DNA of 64,000 nucleotides from Patescibacteria group bacterium. GTDB taxonomy: Bacteria; Patescibacteriota; Microgenomatia; UBA8517. Positions 59,651-64,000 of the stretch are shown here, piece by piece. Where the stretch lies: the NCBI GenBank assembly GCA_041742135.1, contig JBGSJG010000001.1, positions 67,151 through 131,150 of the forward strand. The letters run 5' to 3'. The notes beneath the pieces are model-generated. The model did not search any database, was not told the DNA's origin, and saw only the letters and a program-made list of their open reading frames with translations. The stretch's first letter is position 1. Each line of letters begins with the position of its first letter. The translations under genes were made by a program, and so were the position numbers.

Positions 59651-61495
59651 ATGAATTCGCTCTCTGACCTAAATCCCGACCAACTTCGCGCGGTAACCAG
59701 TACCGCAAGTAAGCTTCTTGTCTTGGCCGGAGCTGGATCTGGTAAAACACGAGTCTTAACCCATCGGGCCGCGTGGTTTATCGGTGAGCAAAAAATTCGT
59801 TCTTCAAATATTTTGCTTCTCACTTTTACAAATAAAGCAGCTAATGAAATGAAAGAGCGGATTTTTGAGCTTTTAGGGGATGTGCCTTCATATTCCGGAA
59901 CGTTCCACAGCTTTTGTGTAAAACTACTTCGAATTGATGGTGAAAAGATAGGGATCTCAAAAGACTTCGTAATTTATGATGAAGAAGACCGCAAAGACGT
60001 TGTTCGCGATATTTTGGTGGACAAAAACCTTTCTACCGATACTCACAATCCGGCCGCATTGGCTGCGGCCATTAGCGATCTTAAAAACAACATGATTTCA
60101 GCCGTTGAGTACGGGGGAATGGCACAAGGAGAGAGCCAGGAGAAAATATTCTCCATCTACACAGCTTATGAAAAATACCTAAAAGACGCCAGTGCTTTAG
60201 ATTTTGATGATCTTTTGACTCGCGCAGTTGATTTACTTTCAAGCGATGCTCCGACACTCGCAAGCTGGCAAGCTCGCATTACGCATACTTTGGTAGACGA
60301 ATGGCAAGACACCAACAAAGTGCAATATACGCTGGCAAAACTTCTAACCGGTAAAGACGGAAGCTTGACTGCTGTAGGGGATGCTTCCCAGTCAATTTAT
60401 TCTTGGCGAGGAGCTGACTATCGAAATATTAACTATCTTAAAAGAGACTATCCAGACATTGAAGTAATTAACCTTGAGCAAAATTATCGCTCAACGGCAA
60501 CAATACTCGACGCCGCAAACGCAATAATCCAAAAAAATACGTCTCACCCAATCCTTTCATTGTGGACCGATAACCCCAAAGGTGAGCGGATCAAGCTCTA
60601 CAAGGCGGTAGATGGAACCGAAGAAGCAAAATATGTGGTTTCGAAAATTTCTGAGCTTGTACGTACTGGCTACAGTTTTTCTGACATTGCGATTTTGTAT
60701 AGAACCAATGCCCAATCGCGCGTTCTTGAAGAGGCCATGCTTCACGGAGGGTTTCCCTATGTTCTAATCGGCGGCACCAGATTTTACGATAGAACTGAGG
60801 TTAAAGACATAATTGCTTATCTTAGGCTAATCGCCAACCCCCGCGACAGCGTTTCCACAAAACGCGCCTTAAAAATTGGCAAAAAAAGATATGAACAATT
60901 TATGGAGCTCAAAGATGAAATTGGTAATTTTAACGACAAAACAACTATTTCTCTGCTCGACGCGGTTTTACAAAAGACAAACTACACCAAAAAATACGAG
61001 CGAGAAACAGAGGAAAATTTAGCAAAATTGGAAAACATCAAAGAGCTTCGCTCGGTCGCAACAGAATTTCCCAATCTGACAGAATTTCTGGAGCAAGTTG
61101 CTCTTGTGGAAGCTGAGCAGCAAGCAATTGGCACACTTAACTACGCCAAAGCCGATCCATCAGCCAAAATTACACTAATGACACTTCATGCGGCCAAAGG
61201 CTTGGAGTTCCCGGTTGTGTTTATTGTAGGCATGGAAGAGGGGCTTTTCCCCCACTCGCGGTCTTTGTGGGACAGTGAACAACTTGAAGAAGAACGCAGA
61301 CTTGCCTATGTGGGCGTCACTCGAGCTAAAGATCTGTTGTACCTAACTTACGCAGATAGGCGTTTATATTTTGGGCAAAGAAGCGCCAATCCGCCATCAA
61401 GATTTTTAATAGACATACCGGAGGCGATCTTGGATTCATCAGAAAAATTGTCCCAACCCAAACGCGAATATGTATTCGATGATGTAAATTGGTAA
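59651..61495 (+). CDS. pcrA: UvrD/PcrA DNA helicase
   Basis: AGAGSGKT, TFTNKAA, VDEWQD, QNYRS, TLHAAKGLEF, EERRLAYV. Confidence 0.95.
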   Translation: MNSLSDLNPDQLRAVTSTASKLLVLAGAGSGKTRVLTHRAAWFIGEQKIRSSNILLLTFTNKAANEMKERIFELLGDVPSYSGTFHSFCVKLLRIDGEKIGISKDFVIYDEEDRKDVVRDILVDKNLSTDTHNPAALAAAISDLKNNMISAVEYGGMAQGESQEKIFSIYTAYEKYLKDASALDFDDLLTRAVDLLSSDAPTLASWQARITHTLVDEWQDTNKVQYTLAKLLTGKDGSLTAVGDASQSIYSWRGADYRNINYLKRDYPDIEVINLEQNYRSTATILDAANAIIQKNTSHPILSLWTDNPKGERIKLYKAVDGTEEAKYVVSKISELVRTGYSFSDIAILYRTNAQSRVLEEAMLHGGFPYVLIGGTRFYDRTEVKDIIAYLRLIANPRDSVSTKRALKIGKKRYEQFMELKDEIGNFNDKTTISLLDAVLQKTNYTKKYERETEENLAKLENIKELRSVATEFPNLTEFLEQVALVEAEQQAIGTLNYAKADPSAKITLMTLHAAKGLEFPVVFIVGMEEGLFPHSRSLWDSEQLEEERRLAYVGVTRAKDLLYLTYADRRLYFGQRSANPPSRFLIDIPEAILDSSEKLSQPKREYVFDDVNW

Positions 61496-61496
61496 T

Positions 61497-62414
61497 ATGA
61501 CTACTCATCCACTCCAAAGCCAACCTTGGGCAGACTTCAGACGAGCTTGGGGTAATGAAGTTGTTAAAACTGATTTTGGGTATCTCACACTCCACCTCAT
61601 TCCCCTTCTGAATAAAAAAATTGGCATGTTCATTAAGGGACCAATCCCCACTAAAGCAATGCTTAACGAACTTAAACAAATTGCTCGTGAGCACAATTTA
61701 ATTTTCATAAAACTTGAACCCAATGTTAGAAAATCAGAAAAGCTAGTTTCTTTAATGAACGAAAACGGGGCCGTGCCAGGCAAAACTTTATTTACACCAA
61801 CCACTTTTTGGATTGATTTAACAAAGTCCGAAGAGGAACTACTTAAAAGCTTTCATCAAAAGACTCGTTACAATATTAAGTATGCTCAAAAAAAGGGCGT
61901 GGAAGTAGTGGAGGACAACTCCGATAAAGCTTTCAGCAGCTACATCAAGCTGATGCGCGAAACCGTGCAACGACAGGGCTTTTATGCACATTCTGCTCGC
62001 TACCACAGGCTTATGTGGGAACACCTAAGAAAAACCGATGTTGCCCACTTGTTGATTGCAAAAAAAGGTAAAAAAATTCTTACCTCTTGGATACTTTTTA
62101 AATCCAATGACGCACTTTATTACCCGTATGGTGCAAGTAGCAATAAAAATCAAAACCTTCAGGCCAACTCTCTTATGATGTGGGAAGCCATAAAATTTGG
62201 CAAAAAGCACGGGCTTAAATACTTTGATTTATGGGGGAGAGAAGAAGGTAAGGGATTCACTAAATTTAAAGAGGGCTTTAACCCAGAAGTTGTAGAATTT
62301 TTGGGTACTTGGGATTTGGTTACCTCACCACTATACTGGCCTTATCGTGTTGCAGAAGCTTTAAGATGGCGACTATTGAAACTCAAAGCAAGGTTTTCAA
62401 AACCAACATTTTAG
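61497..62414 (+). CDS. FemABX-family peptidoglycan bridge peptidyltransferase
   Basis: HPLQS..W, FIKLEP, IDLT..EEELL, KTRYNI, YPYGAS, FTKFKEGF. Confidence 0.92.
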   Translation: MTTHPLQSQPWADFRRAWGNEVVKTDFGYLTLHLIPLLNKKIGMFIKGPIPTKAMLNELKQIAREHNLIFIKLEPNVRKSEKLVSLMNENGAVPGKTLFTPTTFWIDLTKSEEELLKSFHQKTRYNIKYAQKKGVEVVEDNSDKAFSSYIKLMRETVQRQGFYAHSARYHRLMWEHLRKTDVAHLLIAKKGKKILTSWILFKSNDALYYPYGASSNKNQNLQANSLMMWEAIKFGKKHGLKYFDLWGREEGKGFTKFKEGFNPEVVEFLGTWDLVTSPLYWPYRVAEALRWRLLKLKARFSKPTF

Positions 62415-63202
62415 CTACTCGGTGAAAACCTGAAGCTTTCATCAAACCTAAATACCACCATCTTTAAAGTGTCGGTTTCATTGGGCTGATTCGCCCAGTA
62501 CCACCGAAGTACGAATTCTGGATCCCGCGCCATCAACTTGTCACTACCAAATTTGCAGACATACGGAGCCTGCGATGTATCGACATTTTGGAAGCTTTCG
62601 TGATAAACCCCAGTGTGAATTACACTGCCGTCTTGGTCGATAAGAGCAAGGAGATCACCCTCCCGAACTTCGGCGAGAGGAGTAAAGCTATCGTCATTGT
62701 AATTTCCTGTGTCAAACACTGGTACTCCAAACATGTCCAGAAAGCTCCTCATTTCTGGGTTATCCACCCAAATGTTAGACTCTGCGCCCAGTTCACCAAT
62801 ACCTGTAACCTGCTCCAAAGCAAAAGAATGACAATTGAAGTTTGGGTTTAAATCATCGTTTATGACAATTTCAAACTCTGTAGGCTGATAACCAGAATCC
62901 AAGATCGGCAAATCTTTCCGAATTATTGGTATGTCCAGATTTCGCTCTTCTCCGGAAACTAGTCGAGTCTCAAGCCGAAGAAAATTTTCTTCTAGAGAAT
63001 ACTCGCATTCAGAATAGGGTGGTGGATGTATTTCTTGCTGAGCTGTTTTAGCATTGTCTATCGACTGTGCCAAATTTACTGCTGCATCGCCAACTGGGCC
63101 TGCAGTCACTAGGGCTCCAACAGCTGAAACAGCACCTCTTAAAAAATCTCTTCTCGACATTGCAGCATTAGGTTTACTTATGTCTGGATTATCTTCAGCC
63201 AT
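62411..63202 (-). CDS. Exported protein with twin-arginine-like motif and putative papain/NlpC-like Cys-His domain
   Basis: SRRDFLRG followed by a hydrophobic stretch; FNCHSFAL...GDLLAL...IHTGVY...CKFG; TATAAT 7 nt before ATG 63202. Confidence 0.55.
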   Translation of the reverse strand: MAEDNPDISKPNAAMSRRDFLRGAVSAVGALVTAGPVGDAAVNLAQSIDNAKTAQQEIHPPPYSECEYSLEENFLRLETRLVSGEERNLDIPIIRKDLPILDSGYQPTEFEIVINDDLNPNFNCHSFALEQVTGIGELGAESNIWVDNPEMRSFLDMFGVPVFDTGNYNDDSFTPLAEVREGDLLALIDQDGSVIHTGVYHESFQNVDTSQAPYVCKFGSDKLMARDPEFVLRWYWANQPNETDTLKMVVFRFDESFRFSPSS

Positions 63203-63268
63203 ACAATCAATTATACTTGCACTATGGACATTCGCCAAAGCCGTGAATATGCTAGCAAAGAAATAATT

Positions 63269-63784
63269 TTAACCCACAAAATAAAAAGTAATGGTCCAAA
63301 TCGAAGCAAATACCGTGTACCACAATTCGCCTATGCCGATACGTTTTGTTCTAATAAAATAACCGAGTCCGAAAATTCCAGCCAACAAGAGTAAAAACAA
63401 AATCCAACCTCCATATGTGACGCTGGTAGCATGGAAGAACAAAGCGAGCCATGTCAAAAGGACATAAAGATGCACCAATACGTTGTGTATTTTTGGGTGA
63501 TTTATTAAAGTGAATATCAAAATCAACATCGAAAATATATTTCCAATAATAAAAATAAACAAAACTGACTGGTTGATAAAACTGACATTAAAAGTAAAGT
63601 GGATAATTTGGAACAAAGGAAAGGATATTACTCCAACAAAATAAAGCCGCCTATAGCTGGGGTAATTTATTAATTTACTATACCCGAACTTATTTAAATC
63701 AATTTTAGCTATAATTGTAGGTATTACCAGAAAAGCCCATACGCACAAAACAGAAATGAAGCCCGACAAAATTATTATACTCAC
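63269..63784 (-). CDS. Multi-pass membrane hypothetical protein, AT-rich
   Basis: About 6 hydrophobic segments; GTG start. Confidence 0.6.
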   Translation of the reverse strand: MSIIILSGFISVLCVWAFLVIPTIIAKIDLNKFGYSKLINYPSYRRLYFVGVISFPLFQIIHFTFNVSFINQSVLFIFIIGNIFSMLILIFTLINHPKIHNVLVHLYVLLTWLALFFHATSVTYGGWILFLLLLAGIFGLGYFIRTKRIGIGELWYTVFASIWTITFYFVG

Positions 63785-63801
63785 ACTAAATTTTAAAACA
63801 T

Positions 63802-64000
63802 ATGAGAGACCTAAGACAGACTGAAAAATACGCTAACTATCTAAAAAGAATTGGCTGGATTGTCGAGGAACATCACGGCGTTTTTTATTTCATCAAAAAG
63901 GTTTTCTTCTTCTCTATCATTAAAATCCAAAGGCCAATAAAAATCGATTTAGAATTTATTAGAAAAATGGCCAAAAAATATCGCGCGTTTCAGATTTTTA
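63802..64000 (+). CDS. Probable second FemAB/GNAT-family protein, 3' end outside the window
   Basis: ATG 63802 reads MRDLRQTEKYANYLKRIGWIVE...IIKIQRP and stays open to the window end; resembles Fem-family N-termini. Confidence 0.55.
   Translation, partial: MRDLRQTEKYANYLKRIGWIVEEHHGVFYFIKKVFFFSIIKIQRPIKIDLEFIRKMAKKYRAFQIF

Noticed and set aside
1-64000. Alternative genetic code (TGA=Gly, as in Gracilibacteria/Absconditabacteria)
   Set aside because: Conserved genes are full length under code 11, and alaS, rnj and infB end at TGA at their expected C-termini.

Overview
Gene-dense, compact bacterial chromosome segment using the standard code (TGA is a stop). Gene content and truncated housekeeping proteins point to Patescibacteria/CPR, probably Microgenomates (inference). 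Housekeeping genes: rpsG, rpsL, a single-ORF rpoB-rpoC fusion, mltG, yqgF, alaS, ftsK, rnj, an ATPase-only Lon, pnp, rpsO, infB, nusA, dnaJ, dnaK, grpE, hrcA (with CIRCE-like operators), murJ, rpsT and pcrA/uvrD. I saw no rRNA, tRNA, CRISPR array, integrase or transposase. Main points of interest: (1) a candidate sortase-anchored, glycosylated surface system, in which pilN-pilO head an operon with three [LV]Px[AS]G-TM proteins and a duplicated A-B gene pair with conserved ends and swapped middle domains, next to GT-C/PMT glycosyltransferases, LCP and FemAB, with a sortase elsewhere in the window; (2) a REP-like ~20-nt hairpin repeat found once between genes and also in-frame in the C-terminal tails of PNPase, DnaK and NusA; (3) three tandem PsbP-like paralogs with near-identical junctions; (4) widespread extended -10 boxes just before start codons, implying leaderless mRNAs, including a 17-bp bidirectional promoter; (5) tandem divergent UPRTase-like genes and an ORF split by an in-frame stop between grpE and dnaK. 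Family calls come from motif recognition by eye, not database searches.
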